DNA from: Candidatus Cloacimonadales bacterium
GTDB lineage: Bacteria > Cloacimonadota > Cloacimonadia > Cloacimonadales > JAIOQZ01
Reading direction: 5' to 3'
NCBI GenBank assembly: GCA_963665815.1
Contig: OY762463.1
Location: 3,808,001-3,872,000, forward strand
DNA: 64,000 nt
Within the stretch, counting starts at the first letter, position 1, and each line of letters opens with the position of its first letter. The position numbers and the translations under genes were made by a program. The notes beneath the pieces are model-generated. The model did not search any database. It saw nothing but the letters and a program-made list of their open reading frames with translations, and was not told the origin of the DNA. Shown piece after piece: positions 45,154-54,949 of this stretch.

Positions 45154-45358
45154 TTAACTCTGATTCATCAAGCTGAAAAAGATCTTCCACCTTACAATTC
45201 AAAACATGAGCAAGTCGCAGTGCCAGCTTCACAGACGGATTGAACTTGCCTTTCTCTATATAGGCAATAGTCTGACGGGTGGCATCCACCTTGTCTCCCA
45301 GACCCTGCTGAGTTAACTCTCCACTGATGAATCTGTGATATTTAACATTGTTTTTCAT
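45134..45358 (-). CDS. XRE-family helix-turn-helix regulator
   Basis: LTQQGLGDKVDATRQTIAYIEKGKFNPSVKLALRLA..VEDLF. Confidence 0.92.
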   Translation of the reverse strand: MKNNVKYHRFISGELTQQGLGDKVDATRQTIAYIEKGKFNPSVKLALRLAHVLNCKVEDLFQLDESELNGGKNV

Positions 45359-45381
45359 CACTTCTCCTTATTTGAGTCAAA

Positions 45382-45422
45382 ATGTAAACAATACTTAACA
45401 TGATGTCAAGAAAATTATACAT
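45382..45422 (-). promoter_or_regulatory. Promoter with tandem palindromic operators for the XRE operon
   Basis: TTGACA-17-TACATT on the minus strand, overlapped by two ATGT-N12-ACAT palindromes. Confidence 0.65.
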
Positions 45423-45616
45423 AATGGAATGTATTAATTGCACAAGAAAACTGCTTAATGTGAAGTTAACTCGAAGAATATTAGACAATTATGTTTCAAT
45501 TTCATGGAGAGTTTTTTTTCTCAGTGACAAAGAGGTGTTTTTCATCCGTCACATTAAGATTTACAATAGAATTTGATTCTGAGAGCTAAATTTCATCCAA
45601 TCTTGACACAAAAAGC

Positions 45617-46234
45617 ATGATTATAAAATCTATTCACATGAAGATAATAAGAAAATACTTTATAATCATAGTTTCAATGCTGATCAGTTCTATTCTGTAT
45701 GCACATCCGCATATATTTGTGAGTATTGATTCACAAATTGTGTTTACAGATACTGATCTGGAGAAAATCCATTTTAAATGGGTTTTTGATGATATGACCA
45801 GTTTTGGCATTCTCGAAGAATTCGATACAAACTCTGATGACAATATTGATGGTGAAGAGCTGGTAGAGACTCAGAATGTTTTTGTAGAAAACCAATCGGA
45901 CAAGAACTTCTATGTTCACCTGTTTATCAATGATTCTCTGAGAACAATAAGCAAAATTGAGAACTTCTCCACATATTTCGATGGTATATACATGAATTAT
46001 GAGTTCGACGTACTTTTAGATATTCCTATCATCAGCCTGAAAGATGATATAAGATTACTTATGTACGATGAGGAAAATTACGTGAAAGTAATGCTGCATA
46101 AGGATAAAGCTGTAGAAATTGTGAAACCTGATTCTGCAGAAATAACCTTTGAGCGTTTCTTTAACAAAGAGATTTCTTACTATTACGGACAGCTTAATCC
46201 GGAAGAAATTAAGATAAAGATATCCGGGGAATAG
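45617..46234 (+). CDS. DUF1007 family periplasmic protein
   Basis: Signal peptide then AHPHIFV, WVFDDMTS. Confidence 0.85.
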   Translation: MIIKSIHMKIIRKYFIIIVSMLISSILYAHPHIFVSIDSQIVFTDTDLEKIHFKWVFDDMTSFGILEEFDTNSDDNIDGEELVETQNVFVENQSDKNFYVHLFINDSLRTISKIENFSTYFDGIYMNYEFDVLLDIPIISLKDDIRLLMYDEENYVKVMLHKDKAVEIVKPDSAEITFERFFNKEISYYYGQLNPEEIKIKISGE

Positions 46235-46237
46235 CTC

Positions 46238-47074
46238 ATGAATAAAACAATTATAGTAGCTTTAATTATACTGTTTACAGCATCTCTGATATTGGCAGAT
46301 ACTCATAATAAATCATATAAAAATGATGGACCCGGATGGTTCCAGAGAGTAATCGAGAAGAACAGCATTAAACAATTGGAGATTCGTACGGAAATCTCAG
46401 GGAAAATGAGAGCATTAAAGAAAGGGCATGATTTTGGATTGATGATGTCAATATTGATGGTTGCTTTCATATATGGTATATTCCATGCGATTGGTCCGGG
46501 ACACGGAAAACTGGTTATATCAAGTTATATGCTGGCAGATGATGTCAAAGTCTGGAAAGGGATTACCGGTGGGACAGTTTTTGCCTTTGTGCACTCTATT
46601 TCCGGGATTGTGCTCGTTATGATTCTCAAGCTGCTGAGTAAGAATGTGTTCAGGGAATCTGACAAGTTTGTAGAGATGGCATCCAAAATCAGTTTTGGAA
46701 TACTGATATTGCTTGGGATCTATTTTCTGATTATGACTTTTCGTAGAGGTTCAGAGCATACTCATGGAAATAAGAACCTGTTTGTGACAATTCTGTCTGT
46801 TGCTCTTGTACCTTGTCCGGGAAGTGTAATAATCTCATTATTTGCCATGCGAATGGAAATGTTCAATTTTGGGATTGTGATGATTCTTTCCATGGCTCTG
46901 GGAATGGCAGTTGTGATTTCAGCTATCAGTCTGCTGACAATTTCGCTGAAAGAATCTGCTTTCAGAGTATTTCTGAATAACGAGAAGATGAAAGCCGGTC
47001 TTGTAAAAGGGATCAGGATTTTTGGAAGCATTTTGATGATACTGCTGGCGTTTCTATTTCTGTTGATGGGGTGA
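46238..47074 (+). CDS. Nickel/cobalt transporter (NicO/RcnA-like)
   Basis: YGIFHAIGPGHGK, VPCPG motifs; typical pairing with DUF1007. Confidence 0.88.
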   Translation: MNKTIIVALIILFTASLILADTHNKSYKNDGPGWFQRVIEKNSIKQLEIRTEISGKMRALKKGHDFGLMMSILMVAFIYGIFHAIGPGHGKLVISSYMLADDVKVWKGITGGTVFAFVHSISGIVLVMILKLLSKNVFRESDKFVEMASKISFGILILLGIYFLIMTFRRGSEHTHGNKNLFVTILSVALVPCPGSVIISLFAMRMEMFNFGIVMILSMALGMAVVISAISLLTISLKESAFRVFLNNEKMKAGLVKGIRIFGSILMILLAFLFLLMG

Positions 47075-47105
47075 AAGTAGATTCCGCTGAAGGATTACTT
47101 GATTG

Positions 47106-47181
47106 GTGGGCTTAAGCCACGGAAATTTATTAACCTCTGACTCCGATTCGTCAATCGGAGCCATCTCCCTGTTAGGGAGAA
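47106..47181. repeat. REP-like palindrome cluster
   Basis: GTGGGCTTAAGCCAC, CTCCGATT-cgtc-AATCGGAG and TCTCCCT-gtt-AGGGAGA hairpins. Confidence 0.45.
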
Positions 47182-47295
47182 CATTGTCAATGCACACCAA
47201 AATAGCACTTAGTATTTGTTAAACCGTTTGTTTTATTCTATGTCTGAACCTTGGTACTATTAAATAACCTTAGCGATGGGGTAAAAATATCTACT

Positions 47296-47327
47296 AAAAA
47301 AAAAGACCATCACCGAGGCAATGGTCT
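47296..47327 (-). terminator. Terminator of the YitT gene
   Basis: AGACCAT..ATGGTCT hairpin with T run on the minus strand. Confidence 0.75.
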
Positions 47328-47360
47328 ACTACGTTTAAGTATATGTCTGCACATTAAATG

Positions 47361-48320
47361 TTATTCGTCACTTCCGGTAAGGTCAATGTTACGGCTTTTG
47401 AATCCGTATCCCATTACATCCCATACGTCTGTCAGAATCATGAATGCTTTGGAATCAATATCCTTTGTTATATCTCTGAGCATGGAAACCTGTCTACGGT
47501 TAAGAGCACAGAAGAGAACCTTCAATGGATTTCCTGTGTATCCGCCTTCTGCATGGAAGAACGTAACACCACGCCCCAGCTTATCATAAATCTGTTCTTT
47601 TATCAGATCAGATTTTTCTGAGATAATGTATACACCTTTAACATAAGGGAGACCTTCACTGGTAATGTCAGTAATCTTAGCTGTAATAAAGAGGTTAACA
47701 TAGCCCCAGATTATCAGCTTGAGATCCTTAAAAACAAGCCCGACTGTCAATATAATAAGAGTCTCAACAATCCAGTAACCTGTACCAATTGAGAGTCCTG
47801 TTTTCTGTTTAATGATTGCTACAGGAATATCTGTACCGCCTGTTGAACCCTTGAATCGGAAAATCAATCCAAGTCCGAAACCAAGTAAAACTGAACCAGC
47901 TATTGCAGATAGATATATATCCTGTGGTCCGAGCATTGCAACAATCTTTTCACCGTTTACCATAAACGTAAATGGATCCAGATCCTTGATTATTCCTATT
48001 TTATGAAGTGTTGTCAAGTCAACTGCGTCAATCATCAATGATCCTACGAACATACCGTAGAATGATCTGAATCCAAACCTTTTACCCATTACAAAATAAC
48101 TTACAATGAATAAAGGGATATTGAATATCAGCATCGACATACCGACAGGCAGATGAAAAAGGTGAAAAAGGATCTGTGCCAGACCACCGACTCCACCCGG
48201 TGAAATCTTATAAGGAACGAGAAACCATGAATACGCAATAGCAAAGACTATTGCACCAAGCCAGATACCTATCAACTGCTTAATGTTTCTGGTTAAATTC
48301 TTTTTCATTATCAGCTCCAT
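47361..48320 (-). CDS. YitT family membrane protein (DUF161/DUF2179)
   Basis: PGGVGG, FNIPLF, GSTGGTDI, RGVT, IDSKAF..DVMGYGF. Confidence 0.92.
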   Translation of the reverse strand: MELIMKKNLTRNIKQLIGIWLGAIVFAIAYSWFLVPYKISPGGVGGLAQILFHLFHLPVGMSMLIFNIPLFIVSYFVMGKRFGFRSFYGMFVGSLMIDAVDLTTLHKIGIIKDLDPFTFMVNGEKIVAMLGPQDIYLSAIAGSVLLGFGLGLIFRFKGSTGGTDIPVAIIKQKTGLSIGTGYWIVETLIILTVGLVFKDLKLIIWGYVNLFITAKITDITSEGLPYVKGVYIISEKSDLIKEQIYDKLGRGVTFFHAEGGYTGNPLKVLFCALNRRQVSMLRDITKDIDSKAFMILTDVWDVMGYGFKSRNIDLTGSDE

Positions 48321-48470
48321 TTTTGTTATTCGAGACGCACTTTTAATTTAGCCTTTTTGCCGTCAATGTAAAAGTAAATAATTTTATTTCAATAATTTAA
48401 TGTTAATTGATGTCATTTACAAAATTAATAAACATATTCTGAGTTAATCGTGTGGATCAATATATATATC

Positions 48471-48659
48471 AATTGATTACTTTCATTTTCTTTATATGAC
48501 TAAAGAAAACTAAACAAAAGAAACGACATCTTTTTCAGATGTATTTCCAGCCAGCTGGAACCACAAATCTTTCCTAAAATCCTTCCAAGGCTTCAGGATT
48601 TCTAAACGGAAAGATTTCTTATACAAGAGAAAAAGAGACAGTAGGTGCAAAGCCTTAAA
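48471..48659 (+). repeat. Dispersed structured repeat or ncRNA candidate, copy 2
   Basis: Homologous to 36508-36704. Confidence 0.75.
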
Positions 48660-49032
48660 TTCTTAATAATGAATTTATATAATTGTGATTCATTTAACTT
48701 TTTAATTTACTGATAATGTTAAAAATAGATATAAACATCAAGATCTGCTGCTTCCATTTTGCAATACTTTTCAATGCAGTAAGACTACTTGTATTAATAA
48801 ATATTAAATATACATACTTAAGGAATGTACATTGGTCTCCTTTCAAGGAAAATCTTCAAGATATAGGCAATTGCACATAATTTTTTTACATAATTTCTCA
48901 TTCATATTAATTATTGTCATTTCCAAAATTTATATGCTGATATCCTTTATCGGAAAATATTTCCACTTTTGGTAACAGGGTTAAGAAGCCCTAACATGTG
49001 TTATAACAGGGTGATAAAGTATAAATATTTTT

Positions 49033-49048
49033 TGGCATCGGGTTTGCT
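49033..49048 (+). promoter_or_regulatory. sigma54 (-24/-12) promoter of the flg operon
   Basis: TGGCATCGGGTTTGCT has exact GG-N10-GC spacing; predicted +1 near 49059, just before SD GAGGTG. Confidence 0.8.
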
Positions 49049-49071
49049 CTATATAGGTCGAGGTGAATAAA

Positions 49072-49926
49072 ATGGTAAAAGGATTATATCAGAATTCTTC
49101 TTCTATGCAGATGCTGCTGACGAAGATGGATGTATTGTCAAACAATCTGGCTAATGCATCTACGGCAGGATACAAAAGGAAAGATGTTTTCTTCCGGGAA
49201 TTGATTTCTCAGAAGCAGTCTCTCGAAGAAAACAGAATACAAGCTAAGAATTACAGGGGACAGGATTATACTGTTAACGAGGATAATCCTTATCAAAGAA
49301 AAGCTCCTCTGCACACAATTGATACGAATTTTATCAAACAGAAAAGATTATGCTGTCAGGATAAAGGCTATTTCGTTTCCACTCCCATGCTTACAGGAAG
49401 TTATACAGATAACTCCGCTGGGAGAATACGAGAAACAGGTAACCCTCTCAATATTGCAATAACCAGCGAGAGAGGATATTTCACAATACAGACTCCTGAA
49501 GGACAAGGATATACCAGAAACGGTGAATTTTCCATTAATAGTGAAGGTTATATGGTGAATGCCAATGGATATTATGTTCTTGGCGAATCAGGACCTATTC
49601 AAGTTACCGGATCAGATCTGGCAGTAAGTCCTGAGGGGCACATTATCATAGACAACACGATCCAGAATAAATTTCTCATCAGTGATTTCAACGATACGGA
49701 ATTGCTGCAGATTAAAAACGGGCTGGTAGTTCCAAAGGATGAGTCAGTAAAACCTGAGCCGGTGAATGCTGATATCTTGCAGGGATATGTGGAAGATTCC
49801 AATGTCAGTATCGTTAGAGAAATGGTTGGTATGATCACAACTCAGCGTCATTACGAATCAAACAGTAAACTGATGACAAGTCAGGATCATACTTTACAGA
49901 AATCATGTAATGATATAGGTAAATAA
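49072..49926 (+). CDS. flgF: Flagellar basal-body rod protein FlgF
   Basis: MVKGLY..SNNLANASTAGYK, TGNPLNIAI, YTRNGEF, QGYVEDSNV..EM; lies before flgG; ATG at 49072 after GAGGTG. Confidence 0.8.
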   Translation: MVKGLYQNSSSMQMLLTKMDVLSNNLANASTAGYKRKDVFFRELISQKQSLEENRIQAKNYRGQDYTVNEDNPYQRKAPLHTIDTNFIKQKRLCCQDKGYFVSTPMLTGSYTDNSAGRIRETGNPLNIAITSERGYFTIQTPEGQGYTRNGEFSINSEGYMVNANGYYVLGESGPIQVTGSDLAVSPEGHIIIDNTIQNKFLISDFNDTELLQIKNGLVVPKDESVKPEPVNADILQGYVEDSNVSIVREMVGMITTQRHYESNSKLMTSQDHTLQKSCNDIGK

Positions 49927-49937
49927 AGGAGATTATT

Positions 49938-50726
49938 ATGATAAGAGCATTATATAATGGAGCAAGCGGGATGTATGCACAGCAACTGAATATAGATAAT
50001 ATATCTAATAATCTCGCTAACATAAACACTACAGGTTATAAGAAGTCCAGAGTACAGTTTCAGGATTTAATGTATCAGACACTTAAAGAAGCCGGTTCAG
50101 CAACATCAGAGAATACTAAGCGTCCTGTTGAACTTGCAGTTGGCTCGGGAGTTAAACCTGTTGCAACTCAGAGAAGTTTTACAGTAGGTACACCTACTAA
50201 TACAAATAACCCTCTTGACATTGCTATTACCGGAGACGGTTTTTTTCAGATGGTAGATGGTAATGGTGACATAGTTTACTCTCGTGATGGATCATTCAAG
50301 ATTGATGGAGATGGCACAATTGTTAATGCACAGGGACTGAAGCTTGAACCGGGAATAACAATTCCGGCTGATGCAGAAGCAATCAGTATTTCATCTGATG
50401 GTATTGTAACTGTCAGATTATATGGAAGTTCAGACTCTGAAGAAGTAGGGCAGGTTGATCTGGCACGCTTTGTTAATCCTGCCGGTTTACGTTCAGCAGG
50501 TGGAAACACATATGAACAGACAGAGGCATCCGGTGAAGCAATAATCGGAACACCAGGTACAGAAACTTTCGGTGCTCTGGAACAGGGCTGGGTTGAGTCA
50601 TCAAACGTTGTAATTGTTGAAGAAATGGTAAACATGATCATGGCTCAGAGAGCTTACGACCTTAACTCAAAAGCTGTTACAACATCAGATAAACTTATTG
50701 AAACAGCAAACAATCTTAAAAGGTAG
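49938..50726 (+). CDS. flgG: Flagellar basal-body rod protein FlgG
   Basis: MIRALY..GMYAQQLNID.ISNNLAN.NTTGYKK..FQDLMYQ, FVNPAGL, AQRAY..NSK. Confidence 0.96.
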   Translation: MIRALYNGASGMYAQQLNIDNISNNLANINTTGYKKSRVQFQDLMYQTLKEAGSATSENTKRPVELAVGSGVKPVATQRSFTVGTPTNTNNPLDIAITGDGFFQMVDGNGDIVYSRDGSFKIDGDGTIVNAQGLKLEPGITIPADAEAISISSDGIVTVRLYGSSDSEEVGQVDLARFVNPAGLRSAGGNTYEQTEASGEAIIGTPGTETFGALEQGWVESSNVVIVEEMVNMIMAQRAYDLNSKAVTTSDKLIETANNLKR

Positions 50727-50732
50727 TACGAA

Positions 50733-51674
50733 ATGAAACTAATGAAGATATTTGCAACACTCCTGTTTATTTCAGCGGTGTGCTTTGTTTCAGCAACAGA
50801 ACATGAGTATGTTCTCAAGAAACGTGCATCTGTATCTTCCAAACTCATTAAGCTTTCAGATGTTATTGAGAATTCCGGTTTATTACCTGACAAAATTGCT
50901 GATACTATTATAGACTCTCTGGCGTTTAAAAGTGTATTCAAAAATATACATTCCAAGAATGTTCAGATTATCATGAGAAGTAAATACAACGCTGAACTGG
51001 AAATTAAGAACAGTGTATGTGTTGTAAAGAGAAGCTCAAGAAAACTGAGCAAACAGGAAATTGATAAATCGGTTGCTGATTTTATCAAAAACAGATTTGG
51101 AAAATACAGCAAATTCGAATATAAAGTGCAAACATGGCCGGATATCGAAGTCCCTGAAAAGGATTTCACAATAGTTTATGATCTTCCAAGAAATCCGACA
51201 TTTTCTGATAACATCATTCTTAAAGGGAACATAATGCATGAATCAGAAAGAATTTCCGGGTTCAGCACCAGGATTACACTTTCTGTGTTTGACAACGTGT
51301 TTGTTGCTAAGAGAAGAATTAAAAGAAACTCTAAGCTTGATATGAGAGCGTTATCCATGGAAGTCCAACCTGTCAGTATCAATTCAGGTTATATTAATGA
51401 TATAAATGAGATTGAAGGCAGAATTGCTTCAAAATATATCAGACCGGGTGCTGTTATCACAAGTCAGAACACAAAAATCATTCCTGATGTATCTCGTGGA
51501 GAAACAGCAATGGTTGAAGTAAAAAGTTCAAATGTGAAGTTAGTAATCAATGCCGTTGCAAAAAAAGACGGCTATATTGGTGAAAAAATAAAATTTAAAA
51601 ATCCTGATTCCAACGAAAGCTTTATGGCAGTAATTTCAGGTAGGAAACAGGCTGTCATAGAAATGGGGGAATAA
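50733..51674 (+). CDS. flgA: Flagellar P-ring formation chaperone FlgA
   Basis: Signal peptide, SAF domain, V.RGE..V...AKKDGYIGEKIKFKN..S; lies between flgG and flgH. Confidence 0.85.
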   Translation: MKLMKIFATLLFISAVCFVSATEHEYVLKKRASVSSKLIKLSDVIENSGLLPDKIADTIIDSLAFKSVFKNIHSKNVQIIMRSKYNAELEIKNSVCVVKRSSRKLSKQEIDKSVADFIKNRFGKYSKFEYKVQTWPDIEVPEKDFTIVYDLPRNPTFSDNIILKGNIMHESERISGFSTRITLSVFDNVFVAKRRIKRNSKLDMRALSMEVQPVSINSGYINDINEIEGRIASKYIRPGAVITSQNTKIIPDVSRGETAMVEVKSSNVKLVINAVAKKDGYIGEKIKFKNPDSNESFMAVISGRKQAVIEMGE

Positions 51675-52234
51675 TGAAAAAATATATAATGATAATCCTT
51701 ATAAGCGCAGCAGTAATGCTCAGTGCAGTTCCGGTAAACTCGTTTTTCTCTGATCACAAGAGTTTCAGTGTTGGTGACGTAATAACAATATTGATCATTG
51801 AACAGACAAGTGCATCATCATCAGCCGGTTCAGAAACAGATAAAAGTTTTGACCATGGACTGAATGTTGATCAGGGAATGGGAAAACTCAAGTTTATACC
51901 CATGATGTCAATGGGTGCAAAAGCAAGTAATAAAGCCAGTGGAGATGCGTCTACAAACAGAACAGGAAAGTTCGAAGGTAAGATTACAGCGAGAATAATT
52001 TCAATAGATGATAACGGAAATCTTGTGATTAAAGGTTCCAGATCACTCAAAGTGAACGGGGAAGAGGAAGTCACCTCTCTTGAAGGTATGGTGAGACCTC
52101 AGGATGTTCAAGCGGATAACTCTGTTTACTCGTACAATATTGCGGAAGCAAAGATTGAGTATAGGGGAAAGGGTGATGTTCATAACGGATCCAAAGTAGG
52201 ATTTCTAAGCAAAATTATAAACTTTATTTTCTAA
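51674..52234 (+). CDS. flgH: Flagellar L-ring protein FlgH (no lipobox Cys)
   Basis: FSDHKS..VGDVITILIIE, NGNLVIKG, GMVRPQDV..DNSVYSYNIAEAKIEYRGKG. Confidence 0.9.
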   Translation: MKKYIMIILISAAVMLSAVPVNSFFSDHKSFSVGDVITILIIEQTSASSSAGSETDKSFDHGLNVDQGMGKLKFIPMMSMGAKASNKASGDASTNRTGKFEGKITARIISIDDNGNLVIKGSRSLKVNGEEEVTSLEGMVRPQDVQADNSVYSYNIAEAKIEYRGKGDVHNGSKVGFLSKIINFIF

Positions 52235-52270
52235 AGATGATTGTATAATCTTCTTTTACCACCTCCAGAC

Positions 52271-52298
52271 AAGTGCAGTGAAGCAATTCATTGCACTT
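52271..52298. terminator. Hairpin between convergent flgH and cdsA
   Basis: AAGTGCAGTGAA-gcaa-TTCATTGCACTT. Confidence 0.7.
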
Positions 52299-53099
52299 TC
52301 ATTGTTTCAGGAAGAACAATGAAATGATATAATACAGAATCGGAGAAGCAAAAAGCAGACTATCGAATCTATCCAGAATTCCACCATGTCCGGGGATAAG
52401 GTTAGAGCTGTCTTTTACATCTGCATCTCTCTTTATAAGCGATTCAAATAAATCACCAATCTGTCCTGCTACACCTGCTGAAAAACCTATGGAAAGATAA
52501 ACGAACCAATGGACTTCCGGTGCAAAGAAAAGCTTGTAAAGAACGGGTGTAAGGAATGACATGATGAATCCGAATACAAAGCCTTCTACAGATTTTTTAG
52601 GGCTGACCTTTACTATTCCTCTGTGTTTTCCAAACAACATTCCACCAAGATAAGCGAATGTGTCGGTCGCCCAGATTGATAACAGGAACACAACCAGAAT
52701 GACTCTGCCATGCTGAAGTTCTCTTAAATGATACATGAAAGCAGGGCAGAATACAGTATATATTATAGCAAACAAGGTAGTACTGATTTCTACGATTGAA
52801 CCTTTTATGTGATTTTTGAAAATATTCCTTACTGCAGATACAATGATCGTCAGCAGAATAGGAATAAACCAGAATTTCTTATCTGCATAGAGATATAACA
52901 AAAGATAGGGGATATTAAGGACTGCCAGAAATAATGGCAACTCAATGTTAAACTTACTGAGAATTTTTCTCATTTCGTAAAATCCCACAATTGAGATTAC
53001 GAATATTGCGAATGAAAGTAAGTATCCGCCCTGATAAAACAGGAATGTCAATAGAGGAGCAAATATTGCTACTACCAGTGTTCTTTTAATAAAACTCAT
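52299..53099 (-). CDS. cdsA: Phosphatidate cytidylyltransferase
   Basis: DTFAY..G, SPKKSVEG, GDLFESLIKR...KDS..IPGHGGILDRFDS. Confidence 0.96.
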   Translation of the reverse strand: MSFIKRTLVVAIFAPLLTFLFYQGGYLLSFAIFVISIVGFYEMRKILSKFNIELPLFLAVLNIPYLLLYLYADKKFWFIPILLTIIVSAVRNIFKNHIKGSIVEISTTLFAIIYTVFCPAFMYHLRELQHGRVILVVFLLSIWATDTFAYLGGMLFGKHRGIVKVSPKKSVEGFVFGFIMSFLTPVLYKLFFAPEVHWFVYLSIGFSAGVAGQIGDLFESLIKRDADVKDSSNLIPGHGGILDRFDSLLFASPILYYIISLFFLKQ

Positions 53100-53821
53100 T
53101 ATCTTGCTCCAAATCGTCTATGTCTGTTTTGAAAATCAAGTATTGCCTGATAATACTCTTCAGTGGAAAAATCAGGCCATAAGGTTTTGGTAAACCAGAA
53201 CTCTGAATAAGCTGATTGCCATAGCAGAAAGTTGGATATTCTCTGCTCTCCTGATGTTCTGAGGATAAGATCAGGATCCGGAATATTCGGTACATAAAGA
53301 TTCTGCTGAATTAGCTCTTCGTTCAGATCTTCCGGTTTTAAGCCGTGATTTGCTTTCATAGCCTTCTGAACTGCTTCTATAATCTCAAGTCTTCCGCCAT
53401 AATTAAATGCAATGTAAACATTGATCTTTTTACAATCTTTAGTCATATCGCAAAGAGAATTGACTTTGTCCTGAAATGATTGCTTCATGTTGGCAGTAGA
53501 TCCAATGAATCTGATTCTTACATCATTCTCTATCATCTGGTTTATATAGCTTTTCAATGCTGAAACAGCAAGCTTCAGCAGATATTGAACTTCAAACTTG
53601 GATCTTCTCCAGTTTTCAGTCGAAAATGTATACAGAGTCACATGTTTTACACCAATATCAGATGATGCTTCAATGATACGCTCAACAGTTTTTACTCCCT
53701 GCTGATGTCCCTGTAATCTGTTCTTTTTATTTAGCTTAGCCCATCTACCGTTACCATCCATGATGATGCCAACGTGTTCAGGTACATTATTCTTTGTTAT
53801 TTCGGTAATTAAGTTTTCCAT
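53099..53821 (-). CDS. uppS: Undecaprenyl diphosphate synthase
   Basis: PEHVGIIMDGNGRWA, FSTENWRR, RTSGEQRISNFLLWQ. Confidence 0.97.
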   Translation of the reverse strand: MENLITEITKNNVPEHVGIIMDGNGRWAKLNKKNRLQGHQQGVKTVERIIEASSDIGVKHVTLYTFSTENWRRSKFEVQYLLKLAVSALKSYINQMIENDVRIRFIGSTANMKQSFQDKVNSLCDMTKDCKKINVYIAFNYGGRLEIIEAVQKAMKANHGLKPEDLNEELIQQNLYVPNIPDPDLILRTSGEQRISNFLLWQSAYSEFWFTKTLWPDFSTEEYYQAILDFQNRHRRFGAR

Positions 53822-53823
53822 AG

Positions 53824-54940
53824 TTAGTGCTTTTTCCTGTTTCTCGCAGACATTTTTAAAAACTCCTGAATAAAACCATCCAGATTCCCGTCCATTACTC
53901 CGCTTGCATTACCAACTTCATGATTTGTTCTGTGGTCCTTAACCATCTGATATGGGTGGAAGACGTAAGATCTGATCTGGTTTCCCCAACCGATATCTGT
54001 TTTAGCATTTTCTGTTTTCTGACGCTCTTTTTCTCTGATTTCTTCAAAATGCTGGTTCAATCTTGATTTTAGCATTTTCATTGCTGTTGCTTTGTTCTTT
54101 AACTGAGAACGCTCATTCTGGCATTGAACAACAATGTTTGTTGGCATGTGCGTGATTCGCACTGCAGAGTCAGTTGTATTGACATGCTGTCCACCTGCTC
54201 CGGATGCTCTGTATGTATCTATCTTCAAATCTTTAGGATTAATCTCAATATCAATGTCATCGTCAACTTCGGGGTAACAGAAAACTGATGCAAAAGAAGT
54301 CTGCCTTTTACCTTGAGCATTAAATGGAGATATTCTTACCAGTCTGTGAACTCCGCTTTCTGCTTTAAGCAGTCCATATGCAAACTCGCCTTCAATTTCA
54401 ACAGTAACACTTTTTATGCCTGCTTCATCTCCCGGTAGATAATCCACAATTTGAAATGTAAATCCTTTCTGATCAGCCCAGCGTTTGTACATTCGGAAAA
54501 GCATTTCAGCCCAATCCTGAGATTCTGTACCTCCTGCTCCCGGGTGGAGAGTCAGGATTGCATTGTTGAGGTCATATTTTCCGCTAAGCAGAAAAGCAGT
54601 TTCTTTTTCGTTAATCTGTTTGATCATGTCTTCAATTTCAGATACAGCTTCATTGAATAACTCATCAGAGAATTCTTCGTCGAGAAGAATAAGATATGTT
54701 GTCAGATCTTCTTTCATCGTGTTGAGCTGTTCATCCTGCTCTATCTGTAATCTTAATGCTCCCAGTTTTTTGGTAATCTGTTGAGCTTTTGCCTGGTCAT
54801 TCCAGAAATCAGGTTGGAGTGATTGCTTCTCAAGATTTCCGAATTCTCCTTTTATCTTTTCGAGGTCAAAGATACCCCCTTATTTCGGATATCTGGTTTA
54901 TCGTATTTTCTGCAAGTCTTTGAAAATCATTTAATTCCAT
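53824..54940 (-). CDS. prfB: Peptide chain release factor 2, programmed +1 frameshift after codon 24
   Basis: ATG at 54940 MELNDFQ...RGYL then AGGGGG-TAT-CTT-TGA-C; the +1 frame continues DLEKIK..FWND to SPF and GGQ motifs. Confidence 0.97.
54865..54880 (-). promoter_or_regulatory. prfB +1 frameshift signal
   Basis: Internal SD AGGGGG, 3-nt spacer, CTT TGA C. Confidence 0.95.
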
Positions 54941-54949
54941 GTGTCACCT

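Noticed and set aside
47251..47621. Plus-strand ORFs opposite the YitT gene, and similar short antisense ORFs elsewhere
   Set aside because: No SD or recognisable motifs; shadows of well-supported genes
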